In this document: in pieces, positions 51,209-63,551 of the stretch
Numbering within the stretch: the stretch's first letter is position 1
Layout: each line of letters opens with the position of its first letter
Origin: Paecilomyces variotii
Taxonomy: Eukaryota
NCBI GenBank assembly: GCA_004022145.1
Contig: RCNU01000026.1
DNA length: 64,000 bases
Reading direction: 5' to 3' (one strand)
Position numbers and translations under genes: made by a program
Notes under the pieces: model-generated
What the model was told of the DNA's origin: nothing
The model's input: the letters and a program-made list of their open reading frames with translations, nothing else
Database searches by the model: none

Positions 51209-52807
51209 ATGACGACTTCTCGAGCTTCAGCAGCTCAGATCCATCCCGGCAAGGGCCTTGGGTTCTTGAGTGCGTTCTCATAAACTATGTTATACGCGTA
51301 TTGAAACTATAACTGACTCTTTTTTTTTGGCGGAACAGCCCTTGGAATGTCGCTTCACAATGTACTCACCCGTCTCAAAGCCCATCCCCAGACCTACCCC
51401 GCCATCGACGTTGCATACTCCGCAGGAGAGCCATTATATCAGCCTGTGATTCTAAGACTACCATCCAACGGTCTCCGCCTTCGATTCGATGGTCCAGATC
51501 AGAGGCTTCGCCTGATCGAGGTGCTGGACTTCTCCAAGATCCTGCTCGTGTATAAGAATCAGGAGGTTGTAAAGGGCCTGAAGCCACAGGAACAGGCTGG
51601 CTCCCTGCCAGGACCGAGCTTTCGTCATGTCTACAATAGACTCTTTGGCCCATCGTACCCTGGGGAATATGTCCCGCCTGCTTCACGTACACCTTATGGA
51701 ACATATGTTCTATCATACCCGGGCGTGGCATTTTCATTCCCGCTTCAGGACTCAGCGTGGTCGGATCAATGTGACTTCGTGGCCCTGATGTCTTCATCTG
51801 CCGCTTCACCTGCGACCTCTATGGCCATCTTTCAAGGTCCGTCCTGGCCAGATGCACGTTCCACCTTGTTTACAAAACCACCACAGTATCCCCGCTCGCC
51901 AGCATTGGTCAGTAAGAACAGGGAGTCGGTTCCAGACGAGATCGAAGAAATTAAAATATACGGAGCTGGTAAGATTGAGTTGACTCGACGAGGCGGCCCG
52001 TCCTTCTGGATTACCCTGTCGGAAACTACGCCACAGGACCTGGTCGCCGAGCTTGGTCCTCCAGACGCCATCTATCGTAAAAATGACCGAAGGATATCTA
52101 TTCATGGAGCCGCTGCTGGTGTAACCGCGCGCCATATGAGTCCATCCCCAGGTCGGGGCACCGATGCAATTGACACAGACCAGTCGTCTAGTAACAGCGT
52201 GACGGATGATTCCGATGACGAGATCACCCCCGCTGCAGCTTCTGATCCCTCTTCTCTTCCAACAGAATGCTTCTTTAATTACTTCCACCATGGCTTTGAT
52301 GCATTTATCTCTTATCCCTCTACTCCTGGACCTGCCTTCCCCGGCTCGGATCTGCCAGACCCATCACCCCCCACGTCAAACTCCCACTTGACAGTGACGA
52401 AGCTCTTGGTCCATGGTAACGTTCCAGGGTCATACCCGTTCAACCGCCATCGACGGAGTCGCTGGACGATACATCTGGACTCCTCGGGTGATGACTTGAT
52501 GTCTGAAACTCCATACGATGAGGTGTCCGGACGGCTCAAAGAACTGTGGAGAGGCTCTTACTCCAACCCGGCTGAGGAAAGGGCTCTTCAGCGGGGAATG
52601 GTGCTGAACCGGGGCTGGGGTGACAGTCCAGAAAGCAGTGTCGAGTTCCTAGGTGGCTGGGAGGAGAGTACAGGAGGTAGACAGCGAGCCGTTTCAGCTG
52701 GTCCTGAGAGCGGACAAGGGTTGGGAAACACGGAGTTATTTGGATTCCCCGGTTTGCTGTTCGAGGTATTGAAGAATGGCGCTGTAAGCTGCCTGACTGT
52801 CTATTGA
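51209..52807 (+). CDS. UPF0183 family protein (PHAF1/C16orf70-like)
   Basis: Exon 1 MTTSRASAAQIHPGKGLGFL, intron, then LGMSLHNVL; GLRLRFDGPDQRLRLIEV; FGPSYPG; ELGPPDAIYRKND; FFNYFHHGFD; HGNVPGSYPFN. Confidence 0.88.
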
Positions 52808-53029
52808 ATTGTTTTCATCGGTGTTTTGGTTTCGGGGTGGCGATTTTATGATGGAAATTTCAATATACCGCGGAGGTTATCATGCGTGATCCTCTAGTTG
52901 CCATATGCTGAGCTTGTGTGCTACTTTGTCGGTAGCTTTCTTTATATATTAAACCGACTATTCAATCTTCTCCACTCAAGGCTTCGAGATTGCTTAAAAC
53001 AAATGCGTAGTTGAGAAGATTTTCATCAG

Positions 53030-53729
53030 AGATGGACGTGTGGCAGATCTCATCCTCATCATCCTGGCCCATTCTGATCGAATCGATGATATGGGGCAAA
53101 CATCAATCCAAGGATGGTGTATTACGTGCCTTTGCAAAGCCGTAGGCCGAAGACTTGGTAGTGGGTTCAAACCAGGACTCTCAGCTAGAGGGTATTAAAT
53201 GGGGAACTAGTATCCATTGTCAAACCCAGATGAACGGCGTCTGATACCATGGCTCGTGCAATGTTAAAAATTGCGGTGCTGGAGCCAGAAGCTCACTGTC
53301 AAATGGGCGCTCAGCCATACTACCAAATGTCCTACAGTCGTTGGAGTAAATCATTTTCTCGTAAGGTTGCAGCTCTGAGAGACGACAGCACCAAATCTTT
53401 TTGTCTTAGGATCTATGGCCGAGGCATAAATTCCAGGCGAAGCCTTCCTGTCCGCGTTGACATAGACGATCTATCTGGAGACAAGGCTCTGGCCTGGGTT
53501 CCGACTTCTCTGGTGCTCGAGTTTTCGTCGACCTTTGTATATACGCATCAGTCAATGAGTTGAATAGAGTATCTATAAAGGAGGAAGCCCTTATGACTAG
53601 CGCCTCGATTAAGGCGATTCTGTAGCTTCCTTCGATTTGCCAAACCTGACAAGCCCGTCCAATCTTCATCTAGGCCTTTGGCATCCGTCAACACCGAGAT
53701 AGCCTGATTTTGAAACTAAAAAACTCCAT
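53030..53729 (-). pseudogene. Frameshifted remnant of a bZIP-like/DUF3425 gene
   Basis: Ordered motifs broken by frameshifts and stops: DEDWTG..RRKLQNRLN; FNIARAMVSDAVHLGL..SSPFN; PSLRPTALQRHVIHHPWIDVCP; DDEDEIC. Confidence 0.75.
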
Positions 53730-54075
53730 TCTTCGCACACGATAACCCGATCCTTTGACGACTAATTCCGATACAGGTAGAACAGTAGGAGATATCATGG
53801 AAGGATCTGTTGGCTAGGAAATTCAGCATCCATAGTAGGAGGATATTTCTGCCGGTCTTTTAAACCCAGCGTGTATTATATTTACCGCCACTAGGCTGGT
53901 AAGTTTTCTGAGCATATGCACACACTCGTGCATATTTAATGGAGGTTTACAGAGAAGTTAATGATCCGTGAAATGTACTAGGAAGACACCTAAGAAATAA
54001 GATAGTCATTTAAACGACAGAAACGGGGAAAATAGTCGCAGTATTCAAATATAGCTCGATTTTATAATACACAAC

Positions 54076-57000
54076 ATGGCGTATCGCGCGTCACATATTG
54101 TAATATTACCGCGACAGATACAACATTTCTCAATCGTCTCCGACTCCGAATCTACTCCGGTCGAACAGCACCAATCCACAGCACGACAAAGCAGGATATG
54201 CTGCAGACGTAGCATGCCAGAACTGCCATCCTCGCTCACTCGGTCGTGGTCGTCGACTCTCAAGCTCCCCAAGTCGACGTTCCCCCCGCGCGTGTCGCCG
54301 GCCGACCAGGCGAAATACCTACCCAGATGCACTGACGAGCTATACGCCTGGCAGCGGCGTGCCAGGCCGGCGGAGAACACATTTACCCTGCACGATGGAC
54401 CTCCATACGCTAACGGCGAACTGCACGTCGGCCATGCGCTCAACAAAATCCTGAAGGACATCATTTGTCGGGTGCAATTGGGACGAGGGAGGAGGGTGGA
54501 CTACGTGCCCGGATGGGACTGTCATGGCTTGCCTATCGAGCTCAAGGCGCTGCAGGGACAAAATGATCTCAAGGGACAGATGGGGACTGCAGGGGCAGCA
54601 GCGATCCGAAAGGCAGCACGAAAGCTGGCTGAGACGACGGTCAACGAGCAAATGAAGGGATTCCGCCGCTGGGCTATAATGGGCGACTGGGAAGGTCATT
54701 ACAAGACGATGCATAAGGAGTTCGAGATGAAGCAGCTTGGAGTGTTCCGTGAGATGGTTGATAGAGGACTGATCTACCGCCGGTTCAAGCCGGTGTACTG
54801 GTCACCGTCCACGGGAACCGCTCTGGCCGAGGCAGAGTTGGAATATAAGGATGATCATGTTTCAACGGCAGCCCTGGTTAGATTTCCTTTGGTTACGATT
54901 TCTTCACAATTGGCGAATCATGCTGGAGTTGATAGTGGGAAGTTGAGCGCTGTAATATGGACTACAACGCCTTGGACTTTACCTGCTAATGCTGCTATTG
55001 CCGTCAACGAATCGCTCGAGTATACTGTTGTCCAGTCGGAGAGACATGGTCAGCTGTTGATCGCCAAGTCTCGACTGGAGTACCTGCAAGGCATGCTGAA
55101 GGAAGACCTCGACATCGTCGTTCCGACTATCCTCGGCTCTGACCTGCAAGGACAAACGACATATCGACCTCTGTTCAAGGATCCGGAGGCGCAGCCACAG
55201 CCTATTATCGCCGCGGAATTCGTTACTGCAGAGTCCGGTTCCGGTCTTGTCCACTGCGCGCCTGGTCATGGTATGGAGGACTACGAAGTTTGTCTCGCCA
55301 AGGGAATTCCTGCTTTCGCTCCGGTCAACGATGAGGGCAAGTTTACAGACAAAGCTTTCCCGAGCGACCCGCAAAGACTGAGTGGAAAACCTGTACTTGA
55401 CGAAGGAAACAGCGCTGTACTCGAATATGTCGAGTCCCGAGGCCAGCTTCTTGCAAAGCATCGGTACGAGCATAAATACCCCTACGACTGGAGATCGAAA
55501 CTTCCTATTATTATCCGGGCGACGGAACAATGGTTTGCGGATTTAGCTGATATACGCGACGCCGCGGTCAATTCCTTGAAGGAGGTTCGCTTTGTCCCTT
55601 CTTCTGGCCAGGGGCGTCTGGAGTCCTTTGTCAAGAACCGGAGTGAATGGTGTATATCCCGTCAACGTGCCTGGGGAGTTCCGATTCCTGCCCTGTACCA
55701 TCGTGGTACAGGAGATGCCGTCTTGACTAAGGATAGCGTATCCCATATCATGAAAGTAATTGAGGAGCGTGGAATCGATGCGTGGTGGACAGACGATGCC
55801 AACGACGATGCATGGATCCCGGCGTCATTGCAAGATCCTTCTGGCCCTGGCTACAAACGCGGAACCGACACGATGGATGTCTGGTTTGATAGCGGCACGA
55901 GCTGGACTCAGCTTGATTTGACACACCGCGAGGGTAGACAACCGGCCGACGTCTATCTGGAAGGAAGCGACCAGCACCGTGGATGGTTCCAGTCTAGCCT
56001 GCTGACCTATATCGCCCATCAGCTTGCTTCTGGGAAGAGCGACACTCCCAAGGCGCCGTTCAAGAGCCTTATTACCCACGGATTCACTCTGGATGAGGAT
56101 GGTCGCAAGATGAGTAAGTCAATTGGCAACGTGATCCATCCCGATTCGATTATGGATGGCACTCTGCTGCCCCCTCTTAAACAGAAGAAGGGCAAGGGTA
56201 AGAAGCAGCCGGCATCTACGGGGCCTGTCTACGATGCGCTTGGGCCTGATGCTCTTCGCATGTGGGTTGCCAGCAGTGACTACACTCGCGATGTAGTAAT
56301 CGGACAGCAGGTGCTGCAGACGGTGAATACCAGTCTTCACAAGTACCGCGTCACGTTCAAGCTGCTCCTTGGAGCGCTGGGCGACTTTGACAAGACCAAG
56401 CAACGCACGTACGGGCAGTTGCACCAAATCGACCGCATTGCCCTTCTACATCTTGCAAACCTAGCCAACACCTGCAGGAGCGCCTACGATAACTTTGAAT
56501 TCTACCGGGCGGTCACCGCGATCAACCGGTGGGCGAACCAGGAATTCTCGGCGTTTTACATGGAGACCATCAAAGACCGTCTCTACACAGAGGCGCAGGA
56601 TAGCCCCAGCCGACGTGCGGCACAGACTACCCTCTTCCAGATCTACCACTACCTGCAGGAGATCCTGGCTCCGCTCACGCCGCTGCTGGTCGAGGAGTCG
56701 TGGGAGCATACTCCCGAGGCGATCAAGGCTCAATGCGATCACCCGATGAAGCGTGTCACGGCCATTCCCCCAGCCGAATGGCTCAACGCAACGCTGGAGC
56801 AGGATTTTGCAGATCTGATGGCGGTGAACTCGGTGATCAAGGCCTTGCAGGAACAGGCACGATCAAAGAAGCAGATGGGCTCCTCCCTTCAATCGTTCAT
56901 CCACATCTCCCTTCCGGACAAATCCGTGGATGGGTCCGTCTTTCAACGGTACCTGCCCGAGCTGCCGGATCTGTTCGTCGTCTCGTCTGTGGGCCTCAGT

Positions 57001-57249
57001 GGTCAGGGTGAACAGGTGCCTACCGTCATCGAGCAGGCTGAATGGCACTATTGTGAGCGCTTCCAGCTGCCCGATGGACGCCAGGGGACTGTGCATGTCT
57101 TTGCACCGCAAGACTCCAAATGTGTGCGATGCTGGCGGTACGCGGTTCCTGAGACTTCGACCAGCGAAGACATGCTCTGCCATCGCTGCGAGGACGTTGT
57201 GCGCGAGCTGGATGCCGTGGAGGCGAGTAAGGCCGCCACTAATGCTTAG
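54076..57249 (+). CDS. ISM1: Isoleucyl-tRNA synthetase, bacterial-type/mitochondrial (start may be 54214)
   Basis: LHDGPPYANG..HVGH; PGWDCHGLPIE; WTTTPWTLPAN; WCISRQRAWG; EGSDQHRGWF; KMSKS; C-terminal zinc finger CVRCW..CHRC. Intronless. Confidence 0.95.
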   Translation: MAYRASHIVILPRQIQHFSIVSDSESTPVEQHQSTARQSRICCRRSMPELPSSLTRSWSSTLKLPKSTFPPRVSPADQAKYLPRCTDELYAWQRRARPAENTFTLHDGPPYANGELHVGHALNKILKDIICRVQLGRGRRVDYVPGWDCHGLPIELKALQGQNDLKGQMGTAGAAAIRKAARKLAETTVNEQMKGFRRWAIMGDWEGHYKTMHKEFEMKQLGVFREMVDRGLIYRRFKPVYWSPSTGTALAEAELEYKDDHVSTAALVRFPLVTISSQLANHAGVDSGKLSAVIWTTTPWTLPANAAIAVNESLEYTVVQSERHGQLLIAKSRLEYLQGMLKEDLDIVVPTILGSDLQGQTTYRPLFKDPEAQPQPIIAAEFVTAESGSGLVHCAPGHGMEDYEVCLAKGIPAFAPVNDEGKFTDKAFPSDPQRLSGKPVLDEGNSAVLEYVESRGQLLAKHRYEHKYPYDWRSKLPIIIRATEQWFADLADIRDAAVNSLKEVRFVPSSGQGRLESFVKNRSEWCISRQRAWGVPIPALYHRGTGDAVLTKDSVSHIMKVIEERGIDAWWTDDANDDAWIPASLQDPSGPGYKRGTDTMDVWFDSGTSWTQLDLTHREGRQPADVYLEGSDQHRGWFQSSLLTYIAHQLASGKSDTPKAPFKSLITHGFTLDEDGRKMSKSIGNVIHPDSIMDGTLLPPLKQKKGKGKKQPASTGPVYDALGPDALRMWVASSDYTRDVVIGQQVLQTVNTSLHKYRVTFKLLLGALGDFDKTKQRTYGQLHQIDRIALLHLANLANTCRSAYDNFEFYRAVTAINRWANQEFSAFYMETIKDRLYTEAQDSPSRRAAQTTLFQIYHYLQEILAPLTPLLVEESWEHTPEAIKAQCDHPMKRVTAIPPAEWLNATLEQDFADLMAVNSVIKALQEQARSKKQMGSSLQSFIHISLPDKSVDGSVFQRYLPELPDLFVVSSVGLSGQGEQVPTVIEQAEWHYCERFQLPDGRQGTVHVFAPQDSKCVRCWRYAVPETSTSEDMLCHRCEDVVRELDAVEASKAATNA

Positions 57250-58064
57250 ACGACGCCCTGCCATATCTTGTATCTCTGTTGCCTGTACCATAGTGTATAC
57301 TATTTCTAAACTCCAGGTCCAATAAATAGAATTTAGCGTTCCGTGTGAGACTTCTGCTCCGTTCTCCGTGTAAGATGGTTAGTAGCTAAGAGTACGCGTC
57401 CTGTGGCGCATCAGACCAGTAATGCAACGAGTTTCAATGTCGAGAGAATCGTCTAGTCAAGGATCTGGGGTAATCCAAGCCCGGGTGTGTTCATGTCCAG
57501 GTCATCCATCGACAGTCCAGACTCGCTAAGAGGAACGTCAGATATGCCGATCGTCGCAAGCACTTTCATTGACCAATGTGTCGATTAGCACAAGATCCGC
57601 ACGTTTCTGGAATGCTGATCAGATTCGCTGATTCTCTGCTCCCTTCTTCTGCTGGATAGATGCGGCTGCTCTGATCGTTTGTGATGATCTCAGATGCTCT
57701 TTACATGCCCCGCATGAGTATGAGTCTTATCGTGATTGGGTCTCGAGCTCATCCCAGGTAACCATGACGATTCAGACTCGTAACAACACCGACAGAAACC
57801 GCTCATGACGATGGGGAATTTCAGCGCAGGCGGCGCTTCCACTGGCTGACGTTCTGCTGGAGAATCTGAGTCCATGGAAAAGAACAGGAAACGAAAGCAG
57901 AATGTCGCTGCCCACCATCCATGTCGTCATCGAGGACTTGATGGATCCATTGCTTATAATGCATCTTCTGTCGTCCGGCCTCCGTCTCTTCTTATGTAGA
58001 TTTACCGGGTCGCTGCTCAAAACAAGCTACAGAAAAAAAAAATTATCATCTGGGGTCAGTCAAT

Positions 58065-59254
58065 ATGATCAAGACGCATCTCCCACCAGTTCCATCACCG
58101 ACGACCACGTCCTCCGTGGCGCCTATCCCGACGGTGATTCCGGGTAATGAGCCAATCTTCCAGCATGTCCATGGTATCGGCAAGCGGACCTTATGGTAAG
58201 CAATCTATGAAGAAGAGTGTCCAATTGAGACAGATACACTGGCTGACACGAACAGGGTGGTCACCGTCGCCATGGGTATCTCTTCGCTCGTGTTCTACAT
58301 CCTGGCTACGCGAGCACCAATAGTATGTCTTATTATATAGTTTCATGATTGCTTTGTGTAGAAGACACTCAGACTAACGGCCATCGCAGTCGAAGCGCCT
58401 CTTCCACATCCTGACCTCCCTAATCACCACCATCTCCTTCATTTCCTACCTAGCCATGGCCACTGGGGACGGCATCGCATGGAGCCATATCCAGATCCAC
58501 GAGTCGCACAAGCACGTCCCAGACACAAAGCAGGATGTCTTCCGCCAGGTCTTTTGGTTCCGCTATGTCAACTGGATACTCACTTCGCCTCTTATCCTAA
58601 TCAATTTGGCACTTCTTGGAGGCTTGAGCGGGGCGCACCTTTTGGTGGCTGTTTCTGCGGATCTCATCATGTTCGGCACGGGACTTCTGACATCATTCGC
58701 AGGCAATGATGGTCGTAAATGGGCTTGGTTCACTATCAGCGCTATCGCTTACTTGGTCGTGGTGCACCAGATCGGATTCAATGGCGGACGGGCCGCAGCC
58801 AACAAAGATGCGCAGACGAAACGGTTCTATGGCTCTATTGCAGGCACATCTCTGGTCACTCTGGCGTTGTACCCGATGTATGTCAGCTCTCGGTTCCCTG
58901 CGAAAGCTCCTGCAGACGAAAAAGATTGAACGCATAACTAACAATATCCAGCATTCTCGCCGCATCGACACTCTCGCACCGCATCAGTCTCGACGCAGAG
59001 GTCGTCATCTGGGCCGTATTCGATATCGTCGCACAGGGTATATTCGGATACTGGCTACTTCTGACACATGACCGATCTTCCTCGTCATTGTAAGAATCCC
59101 CATCCCACCCCTTAGCCTGGAAAGGGCAACCAAATTTGAATTCGCAGGATTCATTCTAACGTGATTTCTCAGCTCTCTATACCTCGACGGCTTCTGGTCC
59201 CGTGGCGTCGGCCAAGAGGGCGCCATCCGGGTCGGCGAAGAGGATGGGGCGTAG
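58065..59254 (+). CDS. nopA: Opsin-related protein (microbial rhodopsin fold) lacking the Schiff-base lysine, 5 exons
   Basis: GKRTLWVV; SYLAMATGDG; helix C RQVFWFRYVNWILTSPL; helix G FDIVAQGIFGYWLL; C-terminal DGFWSRGVGQEGAIRVGEEDGA*. Confidence 0.88.
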
Positions 59255-60357
59255 TCGAACAGTAAGACCAGTCTTGAACGGTGTTTTACCAGACCTCATC
59301 TGGGGATCTGAGAACAATGCTCCAAGATCATTAGGGAATCATCCCTCGAACCCATTATCCGCAAGGAAACAAAAAGGAAGACCCAAATACTCGCAAAGAA
59401 AATCAATGAACAGAACGAACTTGAGACCAAAAGCAAAATACAAAACTGGACACGAGATCTCGGTGGGCAAAAGCCCATCGACTGCTTACATCTAATGACG
59501 CGACATGTAGGACAGGATTTCATAACGAGATCTATCTTTACTATCTAATAAATGGAAATCTGAATCATCTCTATTCTAACCAAAGCATACTACTGTATTT
59601 ATGTCCATAAGTAATTTTAAGCCGGAATATGTTCGTAGTGGTGTTGTACAGCTAGTAGTGAGATTAAGTACGGGAGGGGAGGTCCATCCACTCGAAGAAA
59701 TATATATATCGAACCGACGGCTAAAATGATCCCCACGTGTAAGCAGGCCTTTCAAGGTAATATTATCCATTATAACCCATAATTAATAGCAATTAATATC
59801 ACCACAAGAGAAACAATAACATTATATTACTTCCAATGGTCCTAGAGTGATTACACATGGGACAAGCTGCTAGAGCGCTGTTACAGAACCATATGCTAGG
59901 CGCATTTTGAAGATTTTGGAGACGACTGCAGACTGGTATGCAGAACTTATCTCATATCTCCGTGGTATCGTTTGCATTAGCATAATAGGCCTCTTATTCA
60001 GGCCGAATCGTACAACAAATACAGTGAAGAAAAATGAACCGGAAATGGAGACCAGAGATAGCAAATCTCAGGGGCATGATAGCGACAACAGTAGCAGCAA
60101 GCTCACGGATATGGAATGCGGAAAATAAGATACACGCCTCGTAATGCTAAACTCAAGATGATCGCGGCAGGCCGTGATGAAGCACAGCGCGTGAAAAAAC
60201 TGTCACGATCTCGCCTCAGAAAAGGAAAAAAAAGCCCACAAAGTCCTCTACGATCAAATTCATCTCCAGTCGTCCATCGTTTCATGCCCGAATATCAGAA
60301 GATATCAGCCTCTTCCGTCCGATCGCCATTTTTCATTCTCTTTTCTTTTTCTTTTTC

Positions 60358-61226
60358 TTAGACAGTGTACTTAGCCTTGGCGCGCGTGCTACCGCTGTGT
60401 GCACTGTCGGTATGACCTGAAAACTCGACAACATCTGTGTCCTTCAGGCGCAGCACCTCCTTGAATCGGCGACCAATGTTCTCCAGAACCTCCTTGCCCT
60501 TGGCCGCGGAGCGACCCTCACCCTTGTCACCGGGGATGCTCTTGCCCGTGGTGCGTGTCCACAGACCGACACGGTAGAAGCCCTTACGGACGTTGACGAC
60601 CACACCCATCACTTCGTTGTCTCCGTCATTCTCGAGGGTCTCACCGATAGCAGCGAGCTGGGCGTGCAGCCAGAGGTCGTCTATTGGGACAGAGCGCTTG
60701 TCCTTGAAAGAGTATGACCACTTGCCACCGTGCTTGTTCTGCTGGTCTTCCCACTCGGGACGGATTCCCTTCTTGAAGAGGTGGTAGTCGGCCTTCAGAC
60801 CGAGTTCAGACGTGGGAGTGATGTTGTTCTATTCAATCATTATCAGCATGTGATGAAGAAGCTATAGTGGCGAACGAGGGAAAACATACGTAGATACCCC
60901 AGAATTCCTCGACAGAGCTGAACGTGACTACTTCTTTCAGAAGCTCGTTCCAGTTGTCACCCTGTGCATTTCGTCAGTACTGATGTGTTAAATCCTGAGA
61001 TTGAGGGGGCGCTCACCTTGCCGCTGGGGGGCTTGGTGAACCAAAGGGTCCACTCATGCATAAGGGGATGCTTGACATTGAAGTTTTCCGGGTCATGGAA
61101 CACAGTAACAAGGTCACCATTCGCGCCGTTTGTCTGTTCCTTCTGCTCCTGCTGTTCGTTGGCCGCCTCGGGTGCGGTGTTCTCGTCTTTCACGGGCGGC
61201 TGGCCGTTCTCTGTGGCGGTAGCCAT
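60358..61226 (-). CDS. CDC33: Translation initiation factor eIF4E, 3 exons
   Basis: KHPLMHEWTLWFTKP; FSSVEEFWG; DYHLFKKGIRPEWED..GGKW; GVVVNVRKGFYRVGLWT. Confidence 0.95.
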
Positions 61227-61967
61227 GTCGGATGAAGCGATCTTAGGTGATGCGAAAGGATATAGGAAGGAGAGTCGCGGATGAGGATATGAGAGGAAAG
61301 TTCAGGAGGCCGTCAAGAGGTCGAAAAGCGGACGCTTTGCGGACGAGGAGAATTTGTTTTGCGAGTGGGCGGTTTGCGGAAAGAACCAATCCCAGAAAGT
61401 GCGCTGAGAATTCCAGACACACAGGGAGGAAGTATCGAGGAGCAGCAGAGAGTAGCAACGGCTACAAAATTCGTCTGCTCCAGGCAGATAACCAGCGTGG
61501 ACTCGAAAGTGGCGGGGTTGTGTTGCTCCAGCAAAGATAATAATATCGGGAAGATTTGAGACGGTTTGGATGGCGGAGTTGGACATGCAACTTTTCTACT
61601 TTTGGCCACACGAACGCTGGTCGAGGCCTGCGACTGGCCGACTCAGCCCTACCGCCCGGCAACATTGAAACTCTTCACAATCAACCGTCACTCAACACAG
61701 GTGTTTTTACTGTCAAGTCATTTCAATTCATGGATTTCTTTACTGCGTCGCTGTCATGCAAAAAACAATCAAATAAAGAAAGACGATATACTGCGATGTG
61801 GAGACGCATTCGAAAGCAGTTCTCTTGCAAATATAATCTAGACCCTCGCAATACACCTTTCTATCTCCGCGCGGCATTCCAATGAGCACATAAGAAGACT
61901 GAAGCACAAACCGTGGGCTACCAGGCCCTTTATCTATTTTTTTTTGGTGGTACCTTGATCAGCCGAG

Positions 61968-62815
61968 TCAACCCTCATTGCTGCTGATCAAACTCAAAAT
62001 GCAGTTCCAGCCTGTGCGCAGCGACGTCAGTTGAGGTTCCACAATGTCCAAGAACCGGATTCTTGGTGGCACAAGCACAGGAACGAAGAGCAGCAGCAAA
62101 CACTTACCCAGACTGATCACATTGACCACCAGGACCCGGAGCTCGAGAGGCACAAACGTAAAGTTGACTGCCTGCACCCAAGGCCAGATCATCAGGTTGG
62201 CCTTGTAGCTCTGCCAGAAGGTAGAACGCCATTTCTCCACGGGATCGGTGCCTTCCATAATGGCCATAGACGAGAGGAATGCCGTCAGATGTGTTGGGGT
62301 AAAGAGACCCTGGTCTGCAACGACTCGCGCAACCAAGGTCGCACGAGTGCTCTTTAGGACAACATTGCGCTGGAGGAAACCGAACCAGGTCGTGGCAGCG
62401 GGACCAAAGATAGCTGTAGAGCAAGAAGATTATCAGCGATCTTTCAGCGAGAAAGACATTGTAAAGATAGGAGCTTACCTCCACCGTAGAGCGCCATGCG
62501 ACCGGTCCTGGCAAAGTCATGCTTCTCTAGACCTTTGCGGTCGACCAGCTGCTGGGCAAGAACATCTCCGCTACCAAACAGAATCTATATGCAGCTCGAT
62601 GGTCAGTCGATGCGGACGGATCAAGGATAGTGGCAGACGCATACCGCGCTGGATACGCTGGCCGTGAGGATCGGCTGCTTCGCCAGCCGTGCTTGATACC
62701 TGCGAGATATTTAGTTCTGTGACGGATATCATTGTGATCCAGCTGGTAGGATGAACAACTGAACGAATGGATGAAGCAAAGTAAAATAGAATAATACGTA
62801 CCATCGAAATGCCAT
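61968..62815 (-). CDS. SYM1: Mpv17/PMP22 family mitochondrial membrane protein
   Basis: [74 protein letters not shown]. Confidence 0.92.
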
Positions 62816-63369
62816 TGTGAGTCCAGTATGTCGGTAACGGTAACAATGGGAGCCTACTCCAGAGGGGTTGTTTGGCAGCTGGCCTTAGAAGATGGGGAAG
62901 GAGATCAGATTGTCTGGGGTAGATATGTTGAGGAAAGTTCATGTTACGCGGTCTCGAGCTGTCCGCTCTGATAAGCCGCTAGATACTAGAGTTATTACTG
63001 TTAGACCAGCAAGCAAGCAAGCAAGCTGGGAACACCAGAAAGCAATAATACGAACAGGTTCTTGTCTAACTTATTCGGTCCACCGAAAAACGGCATGTGG
63101 CCACGGATCTGTCGCTATCCAGAGAGCTACTACTCTATTATGATGCTATCGAGCTAGGACTGCGTCCCGAGTTCCCCTTTCGCTGTCCCCGTAGTGGATC
63201 TGGAATGGCTTGGCCTTAGCTTGGGAGGCGTTGTTAATAATTATTATGTATCAACATGGGATAGTTTACTTTTGAACTGATTCTTTGTTGCTGGGGAAGA
63301 GCCCGTCACCTGACCTGCCCGCCCGTCGGGGAAACTGCCCTGGAACGCCGACGCCCTCCGCATTGGTAC

Positions 63370-63460
63370 GCGTTAGGTCTTAGGGCACAGGGCTGGCCCG
63401 CTTAGGGTAGACTCGCTTAGCACCACCAGCGAAATTTCCCCATGCCCGCAAAGTCACATC
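63370..63460. promoter_or_regulatory. Ribosomal-protein promoter motifs: repeated TTAGGG-like boxes and a Homol-D-like AAGTCACA
   Basis: ttaggtc, ttagggc, ttagggtag and aagtcaca lie about 90-180 bp upstream of the RPS2 ATG; the last is one mismatch from CAGTCACA. Confidence 0.35.
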
Positions 63461-63551
63461 GTCCGGATCGCGCAAAGCAACCTCGACGTCGACAACTTCA
63501 ACGACTCCCTCCTCCCGTCATCCTCGACCTTCAATCGCCAATCTACCCATA

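Noticed and set aside
45330-52807. Autophagy gene cluster (Atg31-like plus PHAF1-like)
   Set aside because: The genes are separated by bimC and one assignment is tentative; proximity in a core block is not evidence of clustering.
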